Assembly: GCA_002633005.1 (NCBI GenBank) | Contig: NMRA01000122.1 | Coordinates: forward strand, 639,430-703,429 | Length of the DNA stretch: 64,000 nt | DNA from: Phoronis australis | Taxonomy: Eukaryota > Animalia > Phoronida | Reading direction: 5' to 3' | Part shown: positions 53,101 to 64,000 of the stretch, piece after piece | Layout of the letters: each line of letters begins with the position of its first letter | Numbering within the stretch: the stretch's first letter is position 1 | Made by a program: the position numbers and the translations under genes | The notes under the pieces: model-generated | Told to the model about the DNA's origin: nothing | Seen by the model: only the letters and a program-made list of their open reading frames with translations | Databases searched by the model: none

Positions 53101-53250
53101 ACCTCGTCGTCATCGTCATCATCGTCTGCTAACACAGGATCTCTCGACAACAAATTCGTAGAGACTAGGTCTGCGGCTTCTTCGCCCCAGTACCCGACGA
53201 GATGCGCCCGTCTGTTTGTACTAATGGTCATGTGTTGGGCGTTTCTGTAG
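24974..53250 (+). CDS. Secreted, probably GPI-anchored Cys-rich protein, 546 aa, 13 exons; DUF7042/7043/7044/7045-like uncharacterised invertebrate family
   Basis: Exons 24974-25037, 38801-38945, 46645-46715, 47140-47214, 48415-48582, 49114-49220, 49438-49540, 49795-50029, 50876-51021, 51280-51414, 52140-52231, 52467-52581, 53066-53250 (1641 nt, GT-AG, phases consistent). Signal peptide MKMKVDFTSSLVILLLFAACQ; motifs CTFPQQWQGSW, RHENVLQYKES, CPFEGPF, CLARW, CSFPSW, CPLRGYY, CIASW; Ser-rich linker, SAA and hydrophobic C-terminus. Family name recalled from motifs; the exon 1 assignment is the least certain part. Confidence 0.85.
26124..26166 (+). repeat. (AG)n microsatellite
   Basis: About 21 perfect AG units. 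Confidence 0.97.
37755..37820 (+). repeat. Dispersed short repeat (further copies at ~50405-50470 + and ~54945-55022 -)
   Basis: Shared core TCACGTGCTT(C/T)G..TG.AACACATG.C.ATATCTCGCG. Confidence 0.6.
38460..38660 (+). repeat. Degenerate trinucleotide (GTC/ATC/GTT) low-complexity tract
   Basis: 3-nt periodicity; source of spurious V/I-rich and T/M/K-rich ORFs. Confidence 0.8.
51461..51593. mobile_element. Palindromic MITE-like foldback in intron 10 of the DUF-family gene
   Basis: Arms CTTGATTAACTTGACCCGTTCCGCC...TAAGACATCTAATT and AATCAGATGTCTTAT...GGTGGAAGCGGTGAAGTCAATCAG are imperfect reverse complements. Confidence 0.6.
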
Positions 53251-53429
53251 ACCACCAGGGCTAATCCAGAACACTTGAAGAACGGCCGACGGAGGGTCAG
53301 TCAACTTCAAGAGCTCATTTCTTCTTGTCGTGGTATTAGAATGCTCAAGTCACGTCGCCGATTTGACTTTGAACAGCTGGTAGCCTGTTGTGACAGTTAT
53401 CTAGTTCCTGTCACCAGTACATATCATCT

Positions 53430-53580
53430 TGATCGGCGTCATCATCGTCGTCTTTCGTCTTTATCATCACCGTCTTCGTCATCATCATCATTATCATCCA
53501 CGCCTCGTTATGTTCAAAACAATCACTACTTGCCATCTCGTGATCACCGCCATATTCTCATTAGCACCAACGTCAGCGTT
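53430..53580 (+). repeat. Degenerate (TCA/TCG)n tract in 3' UTR
   Basis: 3-nt periodic low complexity. Confidence 0.75.
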
Positions 53581-55738
53581 TCTTGCCCCAAGATGTAAAA
53601 CGTTTCGTAGGATGTGTAGTAATTTAAGATAATTAAGATTGTTGTTGGTTCTTCACTTTTTATTGTTGGTTTGGTTGAACAATTGGCCTTTAACGGATAG
53701 CTGTTCATATGGGAAGTGCCGGGTGGAGGCGGCGTTCAAGCTAATGGGTGGAGACGACTCTTAAATGAACATTATGTCTCGAATGTATATGCTATGTAGC
53801 TGTTGACGCTGAAGCTCGAGTGTCACGATCTTTTCAACTTGTGCCAGAACTGAAAATTAATTAGCTAATGTTCATTTGAAATGAAAGTTTGGATTTATTT
53901 TCTTACATCTCGATTATATACCACTACGCAGCTAGTTGGCACCCAAAACTAAAGTGACTCGTACTTTGCGCGTACACCTACCTTCCTCTAAGCCTGCCCA
54001 ACTCTCTGCGATGCACAGGCACTGCTTCCGAAGATCTTTTAAAGGGCCAATTGGTTAGAACGATTGATTCAGTCAACCAATGGCGGAGTTCCACGAGTTT
54101 GGACATCGTGATACTACCTCCAAAACTAAGGTCTTGCAAAGCGGACGTCCATCCGATGTCCTCGGCCATTTGTTTGTTATTACAATTGTTATGTTATTGT
54201 AAATGTCGTAGAAGTGTTAATGTGTATATATTGTTTTATGAATATGTATATATTTTTGAATGAACAATGTTATTTATACTTTTAAATAAGTACCATGCGA
54301 AATGCACAGAACCTATGTCCCCGAAAGTGCTGTGTGTATAATTGTTATTTTAAGGTTCACTGATTGCTTGAAATCCATGTTTTAGTCCCACTGAAACGAG
54401 GGATCAAAATTGAAAATGAAAATGGATCTATGGACTAGATAACTAATCGATGTTAGTTAAGTAGGTTTTATTGAAACTCTTGGTTTCATCGGTCCATGAA
54501 ATATGGTTGAGGGTTAAGCTACTGTTAGGTCAGTTGCATTGGTTTATGGAAATAAATATTTAAATATGTCAATTTTCCATCTTTAATTCCGATTAATGAC
54601 AAGCACCGCAATTGTCAGCGAGACCGTAATTTGATATCTGGTACAATTGCAAACGACATTTGTGACTCCTGCGCTACAAAGGGGTCATTTCCTTTTTATT
54701 CACCACCAAAAACGCTAATTGTAAACCTGGAGCCCGACTGTTAACCACGTGAGTCTACTTCACGTGTGTAAGAAAACTCCATATGAGGATGACAAATTAT
54801 TTCTATTCCTAAACGGACCATTCAGGACCCATTCAGTTGGCAATCATATTCCTAATGGGTCTCTTGTGTTCAATCGCCCGTAACCTCTCAATTCGTTGCG
54901 ATGAACTAATTGCAATATTATCTGGCGTGTGTTCCGCAGGGAAATAGGTGAGAGAACCTCACAAAAACGCAAAACGTCGCGAGATATCGCCAGTGAGGTA
55001 TTGTAGTCGAAGCATGTGACCAGGCTGGCTTCAGGTCAAGAAATCTGCATGGACCCGTAAAAATTTTTTATTGCTCTCCAATACCAATCCTAGATAGAAT
55101 TTCGTAGACGTATGAATCCCGCTGCAGAACCTAGTGGGACCACGAGCTTCCCTTGCTACACATGGGGATACCTCGCGAATTCTTCCCTGTTAAAGTCCCT
55201 AAGCCTCAAGATGGCGCTGCTCGGTTGGTTAAACCGATCAGCGTCATCTTGACTGGCTCGGAGACGAAGCTGTTGCGTATTCTTGCTCTCAGTTTCGCTA
55301 GATTCTCGCTTCTACGGAACGCACGCCAAGTACTGTATCCCAGATTGTACTGCAATGAAACGTCCGATGGAGGCACAAGAATACCGCATACCTGACCTCT
55401 ACCGTACACTAACTGAAAATCGCCGACCTGTAAAACTGATACTTTCAGTTCATACCACTCTCATTCCCCAAACAGTCACAATGATACACTGTAAGCTAAA
55501 CGTGCAATATTTTGAGGCATGTAAAACAAACTCTGTTTTTTCGGGCACGTTTTTATTTGTTTATTAGCGCCTTGGAGTACAACGGACATTATTACTATAA
55601 TGAGAACATAGATACCTCTCCAGAGCACGTCTCTCGGCAGAAATATGCATGCTGGAGGATAAACAAGACGACTTCTCAGTGATAAAGTTCCACTAGCTCA
55701 ATCGAATTTGACTAACTTCAATAAATGTGGACACAGTC

Positions 55739-58700
55739 ATGTTCAGCTGGACAGTTTTGTCGATCACGCTCTTTATTACTATGAGTACGGTGTTAGTCGC
55801 TTGTCTTCGCGGCAGACGATTCCACAGGCACGTGAGAGCCAGCTACAACAGATCACGCAGAGAGGTAAGCGAGAGCAGACGGCGTGAAATTTTAAAAACG
55901 TTAAAAGCACTATCAATTAAGACCACTAACAGTCATGAAACTGGTGTCATAGACCAGTCATGAAACTGGTCTCATAGACCACTATGACTTACTTGACTTC
56001 GTAAAACCCTTGCCCTCGTGGTAGATTGGGCCTCTGTGACCGAACGCCATCAAATCCTGTTGTTCGCCATAGTGTCTTATTTGCTTCATGTTGTATACAC
56101 AAACCACTACTAGAGTCATGAAACTGGTCTCATAGACCACTAACCGTCATGAAATTGGTCTCAATTGATTCTTAATCAAACTGGAGATGGTTTTAGTGCT
56201 TCCAAAGAACTGTCACGGCGTGCCAGTGCGCAGAGTAAGGTAGAAATTACGAACCGCCACTTCTTTTCAACCCAAGAATTCGTTTCTCATCTGAGTAAGG
56301 GGAAAAATCGAGACCAATTTTTATAACCGTAATCGGTTTAAATTAAAAGTTGACTTCGTGTTCATAACACGGTTTATTGCCGCTAGCCACAAAAGCAGCC
56401 CCGCGAGCAGACCTCCTCTCCAGAAAAGTAATCGAGCGCTTACCACGTGTAGCTAATTTCTTATCACAAAATATTCACTACGCACAGAGAACCGTTTTAG
56501 GAGCGTGGACAATACAGTGTTTTGTCGAGTGACAATGATTTTCATGGGTTCCACCTCTAAGGTAAATGTTTTACGGTGCCGGCAATAGTTACATTAGCCC
56601 GTTACCACCCCTGAGCCCCATCGGTAAAATTCTTTTCGAAACGAATTGGTATCTTAGCGAACTGTTAAACTTTACTGTTTTGTAGATATTTGACTAAAAA
56701 CGCAGACCTGTCAAGAAGATCATATATACCTCTAAAAGGGTAAATAATTTGGCTTCAGTATTCATTGAACATTATTTGAACAAAGACTTCATGACGGTTC
56801 TCCATGTCTCGACATCACGGTCTCGACGAACTGAGAGGTAGTCAGGAGCTTAACATTGTGTGGAAGGTGCCACCCCTTCAATAGTTAATTATACATATGT
56901 CATTGGTTTTGATTTACCGAATGCTGCAAAAAGCTGTAAACCTGAGGTAAATAACTAGACTAGATGCTACACAGAGCACCCATATTAATTATATGGAAGA
57001 TATCAAGACGACACCCATCAGTCATGAAGAGACAAAGCAACGACTAATCGAATAAAGTCAAAACAACAAAGTAAACAGAAAACCTCGTATAAGTTTAATT
57101 GACTACACATTTGCAAACTTGTGACGAAGGGTGTTGGAGAGCAATGGCGACTGATGGGGGGTCACGACCTAGCTAGGCGAATGAATGCACAAACCGAAGC
57201 GTAACTACAGTCTACACTAGAAGTAAATACTTGCAAACACTTGAGAAATATATAAAGCTAAACCTCTCTGATCTGTCATGCCAGGATTAGATGTATAACT
57301 GATTCTACAAATTGTTTTTAGTTGGATGACATTCACAACTTTACTCGTAAATATAGAACAACAGGAGAATTTGAGTGTGAACATTTTAAATTAAATTTCC
57401 ATAACTATTCTCATTCTATCAGGCAAATAAACCTGTGTGCGCTTGGTACTCAATAACTAAATTCATGTTCCTAGAAGACTCAGCGCGGATTCAAACCTGC
57501 TACCCCTGTGGTCGCAGCCAAACGTTCTGCTGTCGCAGGTAAATGCTACCTGATATAAGGCAGCGTATTTTACTGATAAAGTCACAAGCTTTAGTTTCGG
57601 TGACTTACTGGAAGACAACTCTTGGACTTTTTGTAATAAAATTACAAACCCCCCGTGATTTTGTTGTTTTATAGCTCTAGTCAAGTCTATCCCATCCATC
57701 ACCAATCCCCAAAATGCGTATTTCTGTCTAGACGAAGCAAAACTGTATTCGTATTGAATTGTTTCAGGAGCTGTCTGCCAAACGGAAGACTCGCGAACAA
57801 TATAAGAAGACTGTACAGGACGAATACAAGTACATGTACCACACTCTATCGGGAAATTTGTTCACTCGTTCTGTTCAAGCTCTTTCAGAGGAGGAGAAAA
57901 GAGAACTCGTAAAAACCTTCTCTGTTGGGCCATCGTCTACTCTTTGCGATGGCGTATTGTCGTATCGATTGTGCACGCTAGCAACACTTAGTAACGGCTC
58001 TTTACCTGGTGCACGTCGATTTAGCGCAAATCTAAGTGAAGGTTTGAACATGACTGGAGGTATGGCACATCTTTTCTGTCCGGGAGATCTAAGTCGAAGC
58101 TATCAAAACTTACACGCGACGCTGATGCACGTAGCAGACGAACTGGATAAAAAAGACATCGAGCAAGCAAAACGAATGCAGCATCCGCCTACAAGAAACG
58201 TACTTGGAAGTGATCGCCGGAATCCAAGGGCATCAGTAAAGAACAGCAAAATGTTTGAGAGTACGAAAGTGGATGACATTTCCAACCCGAAAGAAACTGA
58301 GGACAGGAATCACATTACGTGCGTCGAAGACAAGTGTAAATATCACAATTTTACAGACTCGGAAATTACAGTTACTCACAAGAAAGGCAGCGATTGTGTC
58401 GATCAAGTCACGGGTTGCAACTCTATTCCAGTACAACATACACGCCGGTCTAACGCAAAGTCCTCTGAAAACGTGGTCAGACAAACTGGACCCCTGTACG
58501 ATGAGAGCCTAAACGTGCAACGTGATGCACGCAACAACGTTCCGATATGCAAGACTGGTGTACTCTTGTCCAACGGGTTCATTGTTCCAGCAACTAAAAA
58601 CAATTCACGAATACTTTTATCCAACACATACTCGACCAAATCCCTGCAGAAAAAAGAAGTAAATAATCTCCGCGCTCACGAAACTGGTTTCTTTGATGAT

Positions 58701-58889
58701 GTTCACATAAAGCCGCACACTTTCGAGGACTTGAAACTGCCGAAAGTCGAACTGAAAAAAGAAGGGGAAATTGCTGTGGTTGGTGTACACGCAAAAACAA
58801 AGGACGCGAAGAATTTCGTGCGGTTATCGCCAATAAATTGGTCGGGAGAGAATTTGAGTTTGGAAAAGAAAGAAGACTCTTGGTGTTGA
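55739..58889 (+). CDS. Uncharacterised single-pass membrane protein, 415 aa, 2 exons
   Basis: Exon 55739-55864 (MFSWTVLSITLFITMSTVLVACLRGRRFHRHVRASYNRSRRE|GTAAGC) joins in phase 0 to TTTCAG|57768-58889, the only long ORF in the window; AATAAA at 58902. No family recognised. Confidence 0.75.
55920..56163 (+). repeat. Short tandem repeat (GTCATGAAACTGGTCTCATAGACCA), 4 copies in two blocks
   Basis: Blocks at ~55920-55983 and ~56103-56163 separated by a LINE fragment. Confidence 0.8.
55986..56085 (-). mobile_element. 5'-truncated 3' end of an RTE-clade LINE
   Basis: Minus frame TMANNRI*WRSVTEAQSTTR resembles the RTE ORF C-terminal A.DR..WR..V.ALC motif, followed by an AGTCAAGTAAGTC short-repeat tail. 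Confidence 0.55.
57470..57550 (-). mobile_element. Degenerate tRNA-derived SINE head
   Basis: Minus strand GGTAGCA...AACGTTTGGCTGCGACCACAGGGGTAGCAGGTTTGAATCC has tRNA-like spacing and a B-box. Confidence 0.45.
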
Positions 58890-60820
58890 TTGAAATTTGA
58901 GAATAAAAATCAGTATCATACTGGGGCCTTCAGGGATTTTTATTTTGAAGATAAGAGTGGTAACCAAAATTCCCAGAAGCCAACATGAACACAAAGACAG
59001 TATTTCAAAAATTCAATCCGAAATTAGCAGCTGCAGAATTGATGAAATAAAAAGGAACATGGTTAATGATTTGTAAGTAAGTGTAACAAAGCAGCCATGT
59101 ACTGGTATTAATCCAATTGGTATGGAGGATTGATGAACAGAAGCAACAATTTGTGTGAAAGATACTTGTATTACTTTGCTGCACTACATATCGATGAAAG
59201 TGTTCAGTACCAGGATGAACAGCACAGAATTTGGGTGTTGTCGGCTGACAGCTTTCACCCGGCTCTTTCCGACTCTCGGTACGGAGAGTTCGAAAGAGTA
59301 TGTATGAAAGCTGACAGCCGACAACACACTGTATTCAATAAAAATGAATAGTCTTCATATTTTACAACAATGATTTTAAAGATAAAATTTATCGACTCTT
59401 CTGTTGATGTGTGTATAAGACATCCTTTTTATGTGTGTACTCCCACTACCCTCGGACACAGCGCCACCTATACTGAAGTGTGACCCAATGGAAACACGTA
59501 AATTCCGTGTGTGGGCATCAATACGCACGACTTAGTCGGAAGTATAGCTGATCACATCGCCACAACATGCACACGCCTTTATGCACTTGTTTGGGCTTAA
59601 GCCATTGGATTGGGATTTCCTTGATTTTGTTTACTTCGATCACTGCCCGTTTTAATAAATTACAACTATTCAAGTCAATTGCGGTCGCCATCCTACGTAA
59701 CAGTTAACTGAAAGAGGTTTCCCAGATTTCAACCAATGGGAATTACTGAATGTTATGACGTCGGTTGCATTACTTTAACCAATGAGAAGCCATATTTAAC
59801 TATATTCGACAGTGCGACCTTTTGTAGCAGTGTATACTCCCACGGGAAATATAGCTGGAACAGAAAGACCTCATATGGCGTGACCAAGTCTAATCACGAG
59901 ATCAAAGAAGCTCTGTGCAGGACCAAATTGCCAGACCATCCCAAATTGTCACAATTTGCCCAAATTGGGTATGTATTTTTTAATGTTTATTATGAAATAG
60001 TCAGTACAATAAATATAGAAACCCAGAAAATGCCAAGAGGCATTGTATCTGGACCAAACAGTACAATAAAAAGGAATCTATATACAATTATACACTAATA
60101 CATAAATTGATATACTGATGTGATGATTACAATGATATATGTTTTAAATGCAAATATGATTACGAATATAAATAAATCATTTTCATACACAATATGTGAT
60201 TTTACAATCAAAATGATAATTCGAAAATAAGCACATGTATACGTTGTTATCGATTCACACAAAGAGATTCAATATTAAAAAGGAAATTTTAAAACTATTT
60301 TGAATCAAAACTTATTTTCATTCAAGTCAAGTACTTTACAACCATTTAGAAAAAAATGCTATACATTTGTGGAAGATCTGAATATATTTTGTAAACGTTG
60401 GTGTCTGAATGGCTTCGCCTTCTGCTCTCCGCATACCGTACAAGCAAAGGATTATGATCATTTTTGGGTATATCAATTTGGGCCTCAGTACAGGCCCAAA
60501 TTGTCACGATAACGTGAGATGAATATACTTGTTATAAAGATTGATTGTTCCGCTAAAAATGTGCGCCTTGTTAATTAAAGATTGAAAACACATTTTTGTT
60601 TTAGAAGTGATATCTACGTAGTGGTACAAAGGTTTCCGTTGGGTAGTCCCGAAATTCATGCTTGTACATGCATAGACCGTTAAACCCGGGGTTGCGGAAC
60701 ATTTTTGTATATGCCCGTTGTGGAGACCCATTCTTAGCACGGGCGGCACCCATAGTTCATAACTAAAAAACCTTATCACAAATTTTACCGCGGAACCAAA
60801 ACTCCAACTACAGACAGGCA

Positions 60821-61830
60821 CAGTGGCGGATCTACGGGGGGGTCAGGGGGTTTAAACCCCCCCTCGGGCCAGGACCCAAAAATTAGAAAAAAAAAACAAA
60901 AACGTCTCCAGCAAAACAAAAACGGCACCGCCAGCGTGTGTAAACCCCAAGTAAACCAACTTGGAAAAAAACGAAGGGGGGTTCACTCTAAAAATATTTT
61001 TTTTTTGCATTGTAAATTGCTGTTATGAAAATCAACGCGTTTCGAGTCTTCGTGGCTCGTCGGCAAAACCCCGGAGATCAATTATGCACGCGCTTGAAAA
61101 AACTCGTTTTTACAAAGAATTGCTATTGTGGCCTGCGCTGTGGTGTGGTCGCGAGTCTGTTTGGAGATGCACTCTAACAAGTTATGTCTATACAAGGAAT
61201 GACCAAGGGGGCACTCACATTGACAAAGTGACCGCATTCGCGAACAGTGTACAGTACCAGAAATTTGCTGGGAGGTTGTATTTTCACAACAAAGTCTTGC
61301 GGGACTCGTGCCTCTTAAGGAGCCCGAAGTGCCGTCCTCAACACCTACCGTCTTTCTACCTGCAATAAGCACCACTGCCGTTTTCTATACTGGGAATTTC
61401 GGCAGAAAGGCCCAGCCGACGAAACGCCCATGCCCATGGGCATTTATTTGATGTTAGTACTTCGGGTTTCAAGCGTTCAGACATTGGGACGTTTATTTCG
61501 AAAGTTGCAAATGGGTAAGGGGATACATCGTCAAGCTTTGAAGTAGTCCGTGATGAACGGATCAAATTTAGTTGCGCATGCTGTAAGTCTTTTGAATGGA
61601 CTTCGTAACCTCAGGGGGCTTAGTGCCAACTGAGCTGCAAAACGAGATGCTGACAATATAGAGGCGTACAAGCTCATTGACAGAGCAGTTGACGAAATGC
61701 AAGTGTTGGGGACAAACATCAAAGATGTCTGGGTAGAATGGTTCCAAGACGAGCAAACCATTGGATCCGATACAGACTCCTCGGCAGCCTAGACAACAGA
61801 AAGATAGGACCAACGTCTCCAGGTAATAAT
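60821..61830 (+). mobile_element. hAT transposon remnant with decayed PRKRIR/THAP12-like transposase fragment
   Basis: Terminus CAGTGGCGGATCTAC plus G-run/C-run at 60821; broken frames at ~61560-61820 read LRGLSA../KRDADNIEAYKLIDRAVDEMQVL.TNIKDVWVEWF/IQTPRQPRQQKDRTNV, like the LSxxLQ..D...A...PR..GRQ.HR.N segment of hAT transposases. Right TIR not found. Confidence 0.75.
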
Positions 61831-62406
61831 CTACTCAGTTTGTAATAATGTCAGTTTTTTATGCTTGTGTACAATGAAAACGAAATAAAAATTATTTTTG
61901 GACATGCCAAATTTACCCAGTACAGCAGAGGGTCTACGAGCGCACAGAAACAGAGTCTGGTTTGTATGTCCACTTGAGTCTATCTGCTTCACATCCAAAA
62001 TCTATTTCATATAGTGCGTAGTTAAATCTGTACTCAATACTTGTTTCTTCCAGGGATTACCGGGTAATACAGAACGATGCGAAAACCCTTCTTAGACAAC
62101 CTCTCGCAGTTGACTACCAGATGTGTAAACTACACGTATGAGCAACCACTGGGGATTAAAAAGTGTCTAAAGAGAAGTTTTAGGTCTCGTGACGGACCAG
62201 GTCAGCCTTTTTGTGTACTCTCAGTTTACATCTGGTCCCTCTGCAAACTAGTCCAGTGTATCTTTTCACCACTGTGCACACGATTTTTTTGTTTCGTGAA
62301 ACTGTTTTCAGATGATTTGTTTCCTTATACATTTGACGTTTTTCAATTGTTGTCAATGTGATTCAGATTAATAAAGTGATACGTAATTGTATATTGTCGC
62401 TTTTAA

Positions 62407-63734
62407 AGGTGAAAGCAACCTTTTTCATGTCACTTTTAGCACAAATAAGGTTCTTTGATTATCCCAGACACATTTTTCACTTAATTACAGCTTTTCGTAT
62501 TTTGATTAATTTCCCGTCCTCTACTCCGGAAGTGACGTTTTGAAGGCAAGAGTTTCGCGCCAATTTCTTTTCATTATAGTCTGACTGTGAGAGCAGTCGA
62601 GTCAGTCATTGTTCTACCTCGGTTGTGATAAGTTCGGTCGTCGTTTGCTTTTGTTTACAAGTCAGTCAACATGCCACGCTGTTGCTGCATGCCGGGATGT
62701 ACTGATTATCGTCTCACACGCGCTTTGGGTACCTTGCGTCGCTTTCCGAAGGATGACACACTTCGCCGTACTTGGCTAGCTCGTTCATGTGAAGAACGCA
62801 GCGTTACCAGTCCACGCAACGAACAAAGCAGTGGAGGGTTACCGAGTGTGAAGCAAGCATTTTCTGCCGTCAGATTATGACAGATATGCACGCTGAATTG
62901 ATGAAGGTCCCTGCGAACAACGCCTGAAGAAGGGTACCATACTGTCGCTGTTGATTCCCGGCAGTGCCCCGTCGCCAACCCCGAGAAGTGCGTTTTTGAA
63001 GCGAGAAGCCTCGCGAGCTGTGGCCACTATATACACTGACTGGAGGCACTTCATCTACTGTCACCCGTGCCTCCGAACGTACCCTATTGCGTGCAATTCC
63101 GGGAACTTGCATTGATTCGCCCTGTGCTGTTGTCTCTAACCCAGAGCCTGTAAGCAGCCCTGCAGCGATGTTGAGTAGTGGAAGTGAATACAGGCCCAGT
63201 TCGACACCCAGTGAAGAGGACAGTTCGTAATCCAATGAACAAATCGGTGAGCCTAAGTTTGATAAGTTTATTGTGGACTTGTATTGGAGCTATTTGGAAG
63301 GTGCCAGGTGTGTGGCGAGGGAGTCACAAGGCGGGATGCAAGCAATTTGGGTGCTCAGATCACCCTTCAGTGGGAGTGTGTCGCGGGACACTCGGGCAAG
63401 TGGGACAGTTCTTCCTCTGTACGTGAGACGATAATGAGTACACCCCAGTACGCAGCAACAGCGTGGCATGTTGACTGACTCGTAAGAAAAAGCAAACGAC
63501 GACCGAACTTATCACAACCGAGGTAGAACAATGACTGATTCGACTGCTCTCACAGTCAGACTATATGAAAAGAAATTGGCGCGAAATTCTTGCCTCCCAA
63601 AACGTCACTTCCGGAGTAGACAACGAGTAATCAGTTAAATTACGAAAAGCAGTAAATAAGTGAAAAATATGTCTGGGATAATCAACGAACTTTATTTATG
63701 CTACAAATGACATGAATAAAGGTTGCCTTCGCCT
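62407..63734 (+). mobile_element. Non-autonomous Kolobok-type DNA transposon with decayed THAP-transposase 5' fragment
   Basis: TTAA TSDs at 62403-62406 and 63735-63738; termini AGGTGAAAGCAACC / GGTTGCCTTCGCCT; TIRs ~62407-62688 and ~63452-63734; THAP motifs MPRCCCMPGC...RRFPKD..LRRTW...RV*SKHF...RLKKGTILSL; then LELFGRCQVCG...GAQITLQWECVAGHSGKWDSS. Confidence 0.88.
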
Positions 63735-63744
63735 TTAATAATAG

Positions 63745-64000
63745 ACTATGAGCTAAGAGCACCGTCGTAACGAGACAGAACACACGTTTATTTCCGGACT
63801 AACAGTACTAGTCCAGACCCTTAACCCGAAAACGTTTACACCTCGGATTAAAGCACCAAATTTGGCACACTGGTACTTTTTGACATGCTGAATTTCATGG
63901 GGGTCGGTTGCCCAAATTTTGAGGTCAAGGTCAAGGTCAAATCTCAAAAAACAAAATGGCCGCCAAGCAATACAATCCATTGTTGCTTGAGAGATAATAA
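63745..64000 (+). mobile_element. Probable Helentron-associated (HINE/DINE-1-like) interspersed repeat, truncated by window end
   Basis: Motifs CCAAATTTGGCACAC, GAGGTCAAGGTCAAGGTCA and AAAATGGCCGCC are typical of this repeat class in marine invertebrates. Confidence 0.45.

Noticed and set aside
53275-53632. Ser/His-rich ORFs after the DUF-family stop
   Set aside because: Low-complexity (TCA/TCG)n in the 3' UTR.
62671-62880. Functional host THAP-domain gene
   Set aside because: Frameshifts and a stop at the third zinc-ligand Cys (RV*SKHF); lies inside TIRs and TSDs.

Overview
AT-rich, intron-rich animal genomic DNA, most likely a marine invertebrate bilaterian; the taxon cannot be fixed from sequence alone. 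The ORF track is mostly noise because the real genes are spliced. Manual GT-AG exon chaining gives four genes: (1) the 5' end (exons 1-3) of DPYD on the minus strand, running off the left edge; (2) a complete 10-exon CIMAP2/LEXM ciliary gene (423 aa, PGPGxY repeats) divergent from DPYD, with an RFX X-box-like site upstream; (3) a 13-exon, 546-aa secreted, probably GPI-anchored Cys-rich protein with an A-B-A-B internal duplication (DUF7042-7045-like family) and very large first introns rich in E-box/D-box motifs; (4) a 2-exon, 415-aa orphan single-pass membrane protein with a long Tyr-motif-bearing tail, which may instead be an alternative C-terminus of gene 3. Also present: a Kolobok-type THAP element with TTAA TSD and ~280-bp TIRs, hAT remnants, MITE/SINE/RTE fragments, minisatellites and several hairpins. 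No CRISPR, rRNA or intact tRNA was found. Family assignments are from recalled motifs, not database searches.
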